Shown: positions 49,123 through 58,487 of the stretch, in pieces
Position numbering within the stretch: the stretch's first letter is position 1
How the letters are laid out: each line of letters begins with the position of its first letter
From: an uncultured delta proteobacterium
Lineage (GTDB): Bacteria; Desulfobacterota; Desulfobacteria; Desulfobacterales; JAHEIW01
NCBI GenBank assembly: GCA_963706575.1
Contig: CAVPNL010000012.1
Span: forward strand, 128,001 to 192,000
Direction: 5' to 3'
Length of the DNA: 64,000 nucleotides
The notes under the pieces: model-generated
What the model saw: only the letters and a program-made list of their open reading frames with translations
The model's database searches: none
Told to the model about the DNA's origin: nothing
Made by a program: the position numbers and the translations under genes

Positions 49123-49809
49123 ATGATGGCCATCAAAATAACCTGGTACAGTCACGCCTGTTTTCTAATCGAAACCGATCAAACCCGTTTGCTTACCGAC
49201 CCCTTCCTGACTGACAATCCGCTGGCACCCGTCAAGGCCGATGAGATTCAAACGGATTACATCCTGGTATCTCACGGACATGGTGATCATGTGGGAGACA
49301 CCGTAAGCATCGCCAATCGAACCCAGGCCACCGTTATCTCAAATTATGAAATCCAGACCTGGCTGGCAAACCAGGGAGTCGAAAATACGCATCCGCAGCA
49401 CATCGGCGGCGGCTTCGATTATCCCTGGGGAAGGGTCAAGCTGACCATCGCCCAGCACGGATCGGCGCTGCCGGACGGATCCTACGGTGGTAACCCCTGC
49501 GGGTTTTTGTTCTATATCGAAGGCAAAAAAATCTATCACGCCTGTGATACGGGTCTTTTCTATGACATGAAACTGATCGGTGAGGAAGGGATTGATCTGG
49601 CGATTTTACCCATCGGTGACAACTTCACCATGGGCCCCGAAGATGCCCTGCGGGCAGTCAAACTGATCGAACCCGCCCAGGTAATTCCGATTCACTACAA
49701 CACGTTTGACGTCATCAAACAGGATCCTAACGCCTGGGCCGAGCAGGTACAAAAGGAAACCGCCGCCAAAGCAACTGTAATGAACCCCGGGGAATCGCTG
49801 GAATTATAA
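49123..49809 (+). CDS. Metal-dependent hydrolase (UPF0173, MBL fold)
   Basis: DPF, SHGHGDH, AQHGS, HACDT, LPIGD.FTM, IPIHY; AAGGAG RBS. Confidence 0.93.
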   Translation: MMAIKITWYSHACFLIETDQTRLLTDPFLTDNPLAPVKADEIQTDYILVSHGHGDHVGDTVSIANRTQATVISNYEIQTWLANQGVENTHPQHIGGGFDYPWGRVKLTIAQHGSALPDGSYGGNPCGFLFYIEGKKIYHACDTGLFYDMKLIGEEGIDLAILPIGDNFTMGPEDALRAVKLIEPAQVIPIHYNTFDVIKQDPNAWAEQVQKETAAKATVMNPGESLEL

Positions 49810-49960
49810 ATCCCCTTAAATCCGAAAAAAGAAATGGGCCATTTTCCGGTTGATCAAACCCGAAACGGCCCATTTTTGTTATCTAATTCATTTTCAATTT
49901 AGAAATTTCTTGTTAAAGTATATTCAAATTTTATGCGGTATCCTTATTTGAGGAAGGAGA

Positions 49961-51190
49961 ATGAAATTGAAGATTGGAATTGGATATTCAAATGTTCAGG
50001 ACTCATTTAGGTTAGGCAAAAACGTTGCTGAAAATGCAATAAAAAACGGGAACATCGATGCGCCCGTTATGGTCATCACCTTTTGTGGTGGCCGGGTTGA
50101 TCATGATGCGTTTTTTAAAGGACTTCAGACGCTGGTCGGGAACAAAGTGCCCATAATCGGCGGTTCTGCCATTGGCATCATCACGAATGAACACCTTTCA
50201 TATGATGGTTTTCCGGCCGGTGCTGCCATCATCGAATCGGATACATTGCAGCATATTGAGGGTTCAGCAAATAATTTGCATAAAAATGAAAAGCTGGCCG
50301 GTCAGCGATTGGCCGAGAAGTTGTCAAACACCATCGATGGCAAATTATTGTTGATGTTTTATGATTCAATCAAAAATGCGCCCACAGAGAATTCCCCGCC
50401 CGAAATTAATGCCTCGCCGCCTTTAATTGAAGGCATTGAAGAAAAGCTTAAACTGAGGGTGCCGATTATAGGGGCCGGCCTGGTCGGGGATTATGAGTTT
50501 AACGCTACGAAACAATTTTGCGGCTCTTCTGTTGAAAGCCAGTGCGTTGTTGGATCATTGCTGGCAGGAAATTTTAAACCGTATTTTTCCATTATGCATG
50601 GTTGTGTACCCAAAGATGGAATCTATCATACGATTACCAGAGCGGAAGGGCCGGTTATTTATGAGGTAGATGGAAAACCGGTGATCGCTGTGATTGATGA
50701 GCAGTATGGCAGCAATGAGTGGCGTACCCAGCTACCGGTCAGACGCCTGACCATCGGCGTAAACTATGGGGGAAAATATGAAGAATTCAGGGAAAATAAA
50801 TTTGTAAACAGACTGATTGCGGGTGTTTTACCCGATCGGGAGGGCATTTTACTTTTTGAACCCGATCTGGCAGAAGGTAGCGAAATTCTCTTCATGTTGC
50901 GAAACAACAAAATGATGATGGAATCCGTACAAAAAAATTCAACGGAACTATTTGAAAAAATAATTACAAAAGGAGAAAAACCTGTTTTTGGGCTATATAT
51001 TGATTGCGCCGGTCGGACGGCAATCATATCAGAGACTTTAACCGAGGAGGCATCAGAGGTTCAGAATATATTTAACCGTTACAACGTTCCGTTGCTTGGA
51101 TTTTATTCTGGAGTTGAGGTGGCACCCTTGCTGGGAAGAAGTCGTGGCCTTGATTGGACGGGCGTTTTATTGGTCCTGGCAGAAAATTAG
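49961..51190 (+). CDS. FIST N/C-domain protein (NosP-like)
   Basis: IIGGSA.G, IIGAG..GD, HGC.P, DCAGR, GFYSGVE. Confidence 0.9.
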   Translation: MKLKIGIGYSNVQDSFRLGKNVAENAIKNGNIDAPVMVITFCGGRVDHDAFFKGLQTLVGNKVPIIGGSAIGIITNEHLSYDGFPAGAAIIESDTLQHIEGSANNLHKNEKLAGQRLAEKLSNTIDGKLLLMFYDSIKNAPTENSPPEINASPPLIEGIEEKLKLRVPIIGAGLVGDYEFNATKQFCGSSVESQCVVGSLLAGNFKPYFSIMHGCVPKDGIYHTITRAEGPVIYEVDGKPVIAVIDEQYGSNEWRTQLPVRRLTIGVNYGGKYEEFRENKFVNRLIAGVLPDREGILLFEPDLAEGSEILFMLRNNKMMMESVQKNSTELFEKIITKGEKPVFGLYIDCAGRTAIISETLTEEASEVQNIFNRYNVPLLGFYSGVEVAPLLGRSRGLDWTGVLLVLAEN

Positions 51191-51217
51191 AGCCCAAAAC
51201 AATTATTAGAGTGACAT

Positions 51218-52891
51218 ATGGAAACGGAATTAGAAAAGGCAAGAAAAGAAATTGAGTACTATAAAAAAATCGCAGAGAGAACCGGCAATCTTTATCTAAG
51301 AGAGACCGAAGAATTATCGAAAATAATTACCCGGCTCAAGCAGACTGAGACATCCTTAACGAAAAGCGAGCAGAAGCTTCGCAATATTATCGAACACAGC
51401 AATGAATTGTTTTATTTGCACGACACAGATCATAATTTAACCTATGTAAGTCCGCAATGTACAGATCTTTTTGGGTACACACCTGATGAGATGAAAGTTA
51501 AATGGATGCAACTGATGACCAGCAATCCGGTCAATCAGGCTGGATTTGAAACTACCCAAAAGGCAATTCAAACCGGAGAAAAGCAGAAACCCTATATGCT
51601 TGAAGGCCGCAGAAAAGACGGAAAAAATATTTTATTAGAAATCGAAGAATCCCCAATCCTAGATCAAAATGGGAAGACGGTATTAATAGCCGGTGCCGCC
51701 AGAGACATTACCGACCGTAAGCGCGCTGAGGAAGAAAACGAAAAACTGGAAGCCCAGCTGCGTCAATCTCAAAAAATGGAGGCCATCGGCACGATGGCCG
51801 GCGGCATTGCGCATGATTTTAATAATATATTATCCATTATTTTAGGCAATACGGAACTGGCAATCCGGGATGTTCCCGAATGGCACCCGGTCAAAGAAAG
51901 CCTCGATGAGGTGCGCCAAGCATGTCTGCGGGCCAAGGATGTCGTGCGCCAGCTTTTGAGTTTCGGCCGCAAATCCGAGATGCAGCTGAGACCTATAGAC
52001 ATCAGTGTTATTCTCAGGGAGTCTCTCAAGCTGATTCGTTCAACATTGCCGAGCAATATCGAAATTCGACAGGATTTTGATGAAGGCATCTGGACCATTT
52101 TGGGAGATCCGACACAGATCAACCAGATATTGATCAATTTGAGCACCAATGGGTCAGATGCCATCGGGAGTGCAGGGGGAATTCTGAGCGTGTCGCTGGA
52201 AAATGTTGAAATTGCCCGCCAGGATCCGGAACTGAATCTGGAGCCGGGTCGCTATGTAAAGATGTCGATCAGCGACACGGGGGTCGGAATTACGGCGGAA
52301 GATATGGAACGAATTTTCGATCCCTATTATACCACCAAGAAAGTCGGCAGGGGCACCGGTATGGGCCTGGCGGTAGTACATGGCATCGTGGAAACTCACA
52401 ATGGACGTATTAACGTAAACAGCACACCCGGAAAGGGTACTGCTTTTGAGATATTTTTCCGTTCCATTGATGCAGCGCCGGTGGTTGAGGTGCCGGCGAA
52501 TAATAGCCTGCCCCATGGCGGGGAAACAATCCTTTTTGTCGATGATGAAAAATCTATTGTAAAATTAAACAAAGCCCGACTGGAACGACTCGGGTATCAA
52601 GTCATCGGCACAGCCGACCCGCTTGAAGCGATCGATTTATTCCGTCACAAGTCAAATCAGTTTGATCTGGTCATTACCGATATGACAATGCCGAATATGA
52701 TGGGGGATGAATTGGCAGCAGAAATGATGAAAATTCGGCCGGACATTCCGATCATTCTATGCACCGGATTCAGCGGACGCATATCGGAAGAACAGGCCTT
52801 GGAAAAGGGCATCCGGGCATTTGTCATGAAACCGCTTGAAACAAAGGATTTAGCTGAAACCGTTCGCAAGGTACTGGATGCCGTTTTTTGA
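51218..52891 (+). CDS. PAS-domain hybrid sensor histidine kinase/receiver
   Basis: PAS; AGGIAHDFNN H-box; DTGVG, PYYTTK, GTGMGL; receiver VDDE..ITDMTMP..KP. Confidence 0.95.
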   Translation: METELEKARKEIEYYKKIAERTGNLYLRETEELSKIITRLKQTETSLTKSEQKLRNIIEHSNELFYLHDTDHNLTYVSPQCTDLFGYTPDEMKVKWMQLMTSNPVNQAGFETTQKAIQTGEKQKPYMLEGRRKDGKNILLEIEESPILDQNGKTVLIAGAARDITDRKRAEEENEKLEAQLRQSQKMEAIGTMAGGIAHDFNNILSIILGNTELAIRDVPEWHPVKESLDEVRQACLRAKDVVRQLLSFGRKSEMQLRPIDISVILRESLKLIRSTLPSNIEIRQDFDEGIWTILGDPTQINQILINLSTNGSDAIGSAGGILSVSLENVEIARQDPELNLEPGRYVKMSISDTGVGITAEDMERIFDPYYTTKKVGRGTGMGLAVVHGIVETHNGRINVNSTPGKGTAFEIFFRSIDAAPVVEVPANNSLPHGGETILFVDDEKSIVKLNKARLERLGYQVIGTADPLEAIDLFRHKSNQFDLVITDMTMPNMMGDELAAEMMKIRPDIPIILCTGFSGRISEEQALEKGIRAFVMKPLETKDLAETVRKVLDAVF

Positions 52892-52902
52892 AAACCGAAC
52901 AC

Positions 52903-54832
52903 TTAGGGATTAGAGCATGTCCAGTTAAGCGCCTTGCATACGTAATCATCGGGCATCGTCAGTATCAGCCAGCGTCTTTGCAGCAGCACATCCGTAAAAC
53001 TGATAGACGGGATATTTTCAGCGTGTCCGGCAAACCGGTCCTGCCACGCCTCAGTTTCAGCATTTGACCCGGCAACATCAATTAAAATTCCATCCAACTC
53101 GGTCAGTTGTAATAGATCGGTCATTTCCGGAAACCGATTTTTCTGCCACCACAACACCTGGCGCTCCATATCACGATTGAATCTCGGTTCGGCGTTCCGC
53201 GAAACCAGCGTAAACAAGACAGCTCGATTGCCTTGGCGCGCAAAGAGGTAGCGCAAATCCTGATCCAGAAAATGGGGGCGCTGCAGTTTGGCGGCCGACA
53301 GAAGCGATGGGGTATCCGGCACCTGTTTGGGTTCCAGGAACACAATCTCAAAGGGCGTGAACGGATTGGCTGCGGATAAAACCTTTATCGCCGGTTTGAT
53401 AAAGTCCGGATCGGGCAGACCGGGATGGACAAAAATCTGATAGGGCTGCGTCAGCCGTTTTGCCAGTAACGCCAGCTCAGAAAGCGGCCGCTACGGAATT
53501 CAGCTGGAGCTTGGCGATAAACCGCTCATTGCCGATTTTGACGGCGATATCTTGCGGAATTGCACCCGACTGTTTTTTGCCAAATGTCCAGGAAACATCC
53601 AGATCCGGCATGGGAAAAATAACAACATCAAAGCGGACTTCGGCATGATCAAAGGCCAGAAGCATATCATCGGCTGAAAACGTCGCGTTTTCGATCAGCG
53701 TATACGGTGGCGATTTGTCAAACCGCAAACCCAGTTCATGACTGTTTAAACGAAAATCGGTACCCGGCAGAACCGACAGCGGAAAAACCTGAACGTCATC
53801 CGTCAGATAGTTTTCAGCCAGAAATTGGACGGAACGGCTAAATCCCTGCAGGTCATCGCCGGGCAGCCCCACAATCAAATCAATTGCAGGTACGATGCCT
53901 CTTTGTTTTAGACGCTTTGCGCCCTGTGCAAATCGCTTTATGTCGGTCGGCCGGTTCATGATCTTGAGTGCACGGGGGTTGGTACTTTGCAGGCCGATTT
54001 CAAACCAGGAAAATCCCGCGGCTGCCAACAGATCGGCCAATTTTTCATCGATGGCTTCTGCCCGAATCTCACTGATAATTTTAAGATGCCGGTTTTTGTT
54101 TATCTTGCTGATTTTTCTTAATAGATCTTCAAGTCCGGGATGCGCATTAAGGGAAGGATCCAGCAGGTACAGCTCTTTGACCCGCTGATCGAGTGCCCAT
54201 TGAACGCCTTGCAGCAAATGGCCTTCATCGGCAAAGGAAAGACCGTCATGGGATTTATTATAGTAGCAGTATCCGCAGCGGTAAGGGCATCCCCGCTGGG
54301 TTTCGAGAAGCATCACATTTTCGATCTCGGGCTCCAGCAAATTCTGCAAATAGGGGCTCGGGCTTTTATTGAATAGCGCCCCGGCTGCTTCCATCGAACT
54401 TCCTTTTTCCCAGGTTGTTGGATCCTCAAGGAGTTTAAGAAAAATGGCTTCGCCTTCGCCATAGACATAAAAATCGACCGCCTCCGAAAGCATCGAAAGG
54501 TTGTCCGGGGTGATTTCAGATCCGCCAAAGATAATGCGCGGCGCATAGTGCGCTTTTAATTTTTCTGCGAAATAAAGTGAGCGTACCAGATTCCAGCAGT
54601 AAACCGTAAAACCCACGATATGCGGCTTACGGTCAAGGAGAATTTCCATTAAAGCGGCATCGCCAAGATAGGAAGCAACACTTTCCGGTAAAATTTCAAC
54701 CTGCACCTCAGGCAGGATAGCGGCAGTCTGTTTGAGGCAAGCTGCGCCCAGAGGAATATTGCCGGTCTGCACCCCGTAGTTCAAACGGGGTACCGGAAGC
54801 TGGAGTAATAAGACACGGGGTTTTAAAACCAT
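52903..54832 (-). pseudogene. B12-binding radical SAM protein with C-terminal extension (frameshift ~53490)
   Basis: NIPLG, GFTVYCWN, ETQRGCPYRCGYC, EIGLQS, GLPGD; the shifted frame RPLSELALLAKRL...FEIVFLEPK joins ORF 52903-53343. Confidence 0.82.
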
Positions 54833-54872
54833 TTTTTTCTCCCCGGACCGGGGAGCGGATAAACTAGATCCC

Positions 54873-55076
54873 TCAGCCGGAAGGTTTGCAGGCCGGGCCG
54901 CTGAAGCCGCCGGAACCGGTGGCAATTCCCTGAGGCCGCACACAACCCGCCGACATCAGTTTTTCGACATCTCCGCACTGGCATTCAGGACATTTGGGGT
55001 CCGCATCATTGGAAGACAGCACAAGCTCTTCAAAACAGTGGCAGCAGGCTTTGCATTGATATTCGTAAATCGGCAT
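54873..55076 (-). CDS. FmdB-family zinc-ribbon protein
   Basis: MPIYEYQCKAC...FEEL...CPEC...KLMS; GGAGG RBS. Confidence 0.92.
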   Translation of the reverse strand: MPIYEYQCKACCHCFEELVLSSNDADPKCPECQCGDVEKLMSAGCVRPQGIATGSGGFSGPACKPSG

Positions 55077-55237
55077 AACCGAAACCTCCGAAAACAGAAT
55101 TTTTTATATAATAGGTGTTGTCAGCCAAAAGTCAAGAATCTATCTTAACCCGCCTTCGGTGGACCAAAGCGGCCACTCGATCAATTTTCTTTGTGTGTAT
55201 TTAAATCTTGGCGGCTTTGCGTCTTTGGGTGAGAAAT

Positions 55238-55747
55238 TTAGGATACCACAAAAAAGATTAAGCAAAGCTCCCAGAAAATTACGGTGGAGAAGGCGCCGAT
55301 GATATAGGAGAAAAGATACCGGGCGTGAGTTACCGATCTCTTTCGCAACGCATTGCGAAATAACAACAGAATGACAACGCCCATACAGGTTAGAAAATAC
55401 TTTGCCCCCATGAAGACAAAGGGGCCGTATTTGAGGAAATAGGACATGACCGGGTTCAGCTCTGTTGAGCCCCTCTCGATCAGATACAGGGTTAGCAGCG
55501 CGTCGAGAACGCTTAGTAGCAGGATAAGGACAATGGCCCCAAAAATATTCGAGCTGTACCGATCAAAGTAAAATGTCCCCTCCCAATCTTCCTCGCGGCG
55601 GGCATGGGCACGCCTGCCGGCAAACAACAGATATCTCAGCTTCGGGAAGCGATGGGTGCGCCGATCTTTCCCGGAGCGCTTTTCACCAAAACCTGAGCGA
55701 TCTGATGTTGAACCGCAATTGTCCCCGCTGCGAATAAACTTGGCCAT
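55238..55747 (-). CDS. DUF5658-like membrane protein with Arg-rich N-terminus
   Basis: EKRSGKDRR, GRR..RR; LSVLDALLTL..G..ELNPVM...K. Confidence 0.85.
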   Translation of the reverse strand: MAKFIRSGDNCGSTSDRSGFGEKRSGKDRRTHRFPKLRYLLFAGRRAHARREEDWEGTFYFDRYSSNIFGAIVLILLLSVLDALLTLYLIERGSTELNPVMSYFLKYGPFVFMGAKYFLTCMGVVILLLFRNALRKRSVTHARYLFSYIIGAFSTVIFWELCLIFFVVS

Positions 55748-55804
55748 TCATACCTTCTGGAAATGAAAAAGATTCTCATCTATCTTCAAGCAAATTTCAG
55801 TTAC

Positions 55805-55950
55805 TAGAAGCCATCTCAAAAATAGGATTTTGGTTCAAGATCACGGCGGGGCCGAGTTTAAAACCGCAGGCATACTGTTGTATGTCGAGGATTTGAAACG
55901 AGGCACCAACAAAGATATTGGGCCAAAAGACATTTTTGAGATGGCTTCTA
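55805..55950. mobile_element. MITE-like element, copy B (perfect 19-bp TIR TAGAAGCCATCTCAAAAAT)
   Basis: Perfect TIRs; internal blocks are identical to the reverse complement of 8779-8904. Confidence 0.85.
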
Positions 55951-55955
55951 ATAGA

Positions 55956-55982
55956 TTATCGGCAGATTGCCCCATAACTTTA
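55956..55982 (-). promoter_or_regulatory. Sigma28 (FliA)-type promoter for the DUF5658 gene
   Basis: Minus strand TAAA-N15-GCCGATAA, an exact consensus match (TAAAGTT -35). Confidence 0.75.
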
Positions 55983-56062
55983 GCCCCACATATCAGTGTA
56001 AATGCTATTTAATCACCGGGTTGCGGTGCGCATTCAGTTTTCGGCAAAACCGCTACGGTACT

Positions 56063-56091
56063 TTGACAGGGGTATCGATTTAATATAATAT
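56063..56091 (+). promoter_or_regulatory. Sigma70-type promoter for the 2-oxoacid oxidoreductase operon
   Basis: TTGACA followed by TATAAT at 15-nt spacing or TAATAT at 17-nt spacing. Confidence 0.55.
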
Positions 56092-56154
56092 GAGGGACAT
56101 TTGGATCAGCGCCAGGCGCTTTGAGGCGCCATCCTGATTAAAAAGGGGCAAAAA

Positions 56155-56724
56155 ATGCAGGAAATCCGCTTTCATGGTCGCGGCGGTCAAGGAACTGTTG
56201 TCGCTTCTATCCTGCTGGCAAAGGCATTTTTCAAAGCCGGCTACGATGTTCAAACCTTCCCGCTGTTCGGTGTAGAAAGACGGGGGGCACCGGTTGAAGC
56301 GTATTTAAGACTCGGCAAACAAAAAATCCTGACGCGCAACAATGTGTACACCCCCGATCATGTGGTCGTCCAGGACGTCAAGCTGCTGCAAGGTGTGGAT
56401 GTAACCAAAGGACTTAAGCCGGGTGGATGGATTCTGTTAAACAGCCCCGAACCGCCCCAAAGGCTGGCCGCATTTTCAGGCTATCGGCTCGCTTTTGTCG
56501 ATGCAACGCAGATAGCGGTCAAATACGAGCTGGGGACCCGCACGCATCCTATCATTAACACGGCCATGATTGGCGCTTTTGCCCGCATGATGGGCATTCC
56601 GCCCTTGGATGCCATTTCAGAGGCCATTCAAGCGGAAATCACGACCAAACCCGATAAAAATATACAGGCTTCCAAAGAAGCCTTTGAGCAGGTTAATTTG
56701 GACGCTAAAGTAGTGCGAATATGA
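56155..56724 (+). CDS. porC: 2-oxoacid:acceptor oxidoreductase gamma subunit
   Basis: EIRFHGRGGQG.V, FGVERRGAPV, NTAMIGA; substrate not determinable. Confidence 0.9.
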   Translation: MQEIRFHGRGGQGTVVASILLAKAFFKAGYDVQTFPLFGVERRGAPVEAYLRLGKQKILTRNNVYTPDHVVVQDVKLLQGVDVTKGLKPGGWILLNSPEPPQRLAAFSGYRLAFVDATQIAVKYELGTRTHPIINTAMIGAFARMMGIPPLDAISEAIQAEITTKPDKNIQASKEAFEQVNLDAKVVRI

Positions 56725-58487
56725 CAGATTATCGGACGCCGCATAATAAAATTCCATTATTTTTGCCGCATTCATCGGCGTCGACAGCCATCAATAAAAC
56801 CGGTTCATGGCGCTATGTCCGGCCCGTTTATGATGAAAAGACGTCACCCTGCAGCGCAGCCTGCCCCGCGGGCGAGGATATCGGCCGAGTTGAAATGCTC
56901 GTATCCCGGAATTTGATTCAGCAAGCCTGGGAAACAATATTAGAAGAGAATCCATTCCCCGCCGTATGCGGCCGCGTCTGTTTTCATAACTGCGAAGGTG
57001 CCTGTAACCGCGGCCAAATGGATGATCCGGTAGCGATTCATCGCCTGGAAAGATTTATAGGAGACGCGGCGATCAGCAGCAAGGAGATCCCGCAAATTGA
57101 AACGCTACCCGACAATGGCAAAAAGGTGGCCATCGCCGGATCGGGCCCGGCAGGCCTGGGGGCGGCTTACTTTTTAACGCGCCTGGGATTCGCTTGTGAG
57201 GTATTCGAGGCACAGTCTGAGCCCGGCGGTATTTTGCGCTGGGGCATTCCGGCCTACCGATTACCCCGCAATGTCCTCCAGAAAGAAATCAGCCGTATTG
57301 AAAAACTGGGAGTAACCATACATTGTCGCACCCCCCTCACCGCTGAAACGCTGCAAGCCTTCAAAACCCGGTATGATGCTGTCTTCATTGGTTGCGGCCA
57401 CGGGCGTGCCATAGATCTGCAGATTGAGGGCGCGCAAAAAGCAATCAACGGTCTGCAATTCCTTTATAACATAAGGGCCCGGCAGGAAATGTCGCTAAAT
57501 GCAAAGCGCACGGCGGCTGTGATCGGCGGAGGCAATACCGCCATCGACGTGGCCCGCACCCTGGTAAGGCTCGAAATTGATCCCATCATCGTATACCGCC
57601 GGCGGCGTCAGGATATGCCGGCCTTCAGCCCTGAATTGCAAATGGCCTTGGATGAGGGCGTAAAACTAAAAACGCTTTTAACCCCGATAACCATTAAAGA
57701 TGCCGGCAGAAATTCGGCAGACCACCAGGCCTCATATGTAGTAACGCTGCAGAAAATGAAGGTCAGCGCCACCGAAATCGAAGGCCGGGCCCGGGTCATC
57801 CCGGACGGTGACAAAACAGAAACGCTTCGGGTTGACCATATCTTTTGCGCCATCGGAGCTGAGCCGGAAGCGCCCTGGTACCCGGTACCCACCGGCGAAT
57901 CCCCGTATCTGGACCTCAGCCACTGCAAATTGATGAATGATGATATACCGATCGCCTATGGCGGGGATCTGACCAATCGGGTTAAAAGCGTCGCCGATGC
58001 CATCGCTTCCGGGAAACAGGCCGCCATGGCCCTGGACACTTACTTCAAATCCGGATGGGATGCCGTAAACAAAGCAGTTGCAGGCTGTCAGGTCGGGCCC
58101 GGGCCGACTGTCTCCATGACGATATATCTGGGCAAAGAGCGCAAAGAGAGAAGTCCGCATATTGTGTCCTATAAGGAAATCAACACCCATTATTTTAAAC
58201 GCACTTCGCGGGTCAATGCGCCCGTATTACCACTTGAGGATCGAATTCAGTCATTTTTGCCGGTAGAATCCACGCTTGCGAAGGAAGCGGCCCTGGAGGA
58301 AGCCCGACGGTGCTTTAATTGCGGCATCTGCAATGCATGCGACTACTGCCGTCTGTATTGCCCGGAGATGTCGGTGATGGTGGAAGACGAGCGCCGACAC
58401 ATCAACCTGGATTACTGTAAAGGATGCGGCCTCTGTGTTGCAGAATGCCCCCGCAATGCCATGGCCTTGAAGGAGGAAAACATATGA
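56721..58487 (+). CDS. GltD/DsrL-like FAD/NAD(P)-binding Fe-S oxidoreductase merged with the PFOR delta subunit
   Basis: KTGSWR..RPV, PCSAACP, CGRVC..CEGAC, GSGPAG, GGGNTAID, YRR; C-terminal CNACDYC..CP and YCKGCGLC..CP. Confidence 0.88.
   Translation: MTDYRTPHNKIPLFLPHSSASTAINKTGSWRYVRPVYDEKTSPCSAACPAGEDIGRVEMLVSRNLIQQAWETILEENPFPAVCGRVCFHNCEGACNRGQMDDPVAIHRLERFIGDAAISSKEIPQIETLPDNGKKVAIAGSGPAGLGAAYFLTRLGFACEVFEAQSEPGGILRWGIPAYRLPRNVLQKEISRIEKLGVTIHCRTPLTAETLQAFKTRYDAVFIGCGHGRAIDLQIEGAQKAINGLQFLYNIRARQEMSLNAKRTAAVIGGGNTAIDVARTLVRLEIDPIIVYRRRRQDMPAFSPELQMALDEGVKLKTLLTPITIKDAGRNSADHQASYVVTLQKMKVSATEIEGRARVIPDGDKTETLRVDHIFCAIGAEPEAPWYPVPTGESPYLDLSHCKLMNDDIPIAYGGDLTNRVKSVADAIASGKQAAMALDTYFKSGWDAVNKAVAGCQVGPGPTVSMTIYLGKERKERSPHIVSYKEINTHYFKRTSRVNAPVLPLEDRIQSFLPVESTLAKEAALEEARRCFNCGICNACDYCRLYCPEMSVMVEDERRHINLDYCKGCGLCVAECPRNAMALKEENI

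Noticed and set aside
55830..56012. Small ORF sharing GTNKDIGPKDIFE with ORF 8708-8962
   Set aside because: The shared peptide is only the translation of the two MITE copies; there is no RBS or other coding evidence.
56721..58487. Glutamate synthase small subunit or dsrL of a dsr operon
   Set aside because: No gltB or dsr genes are adjacent; the gene occupies the porD position and has PorD-like ends.
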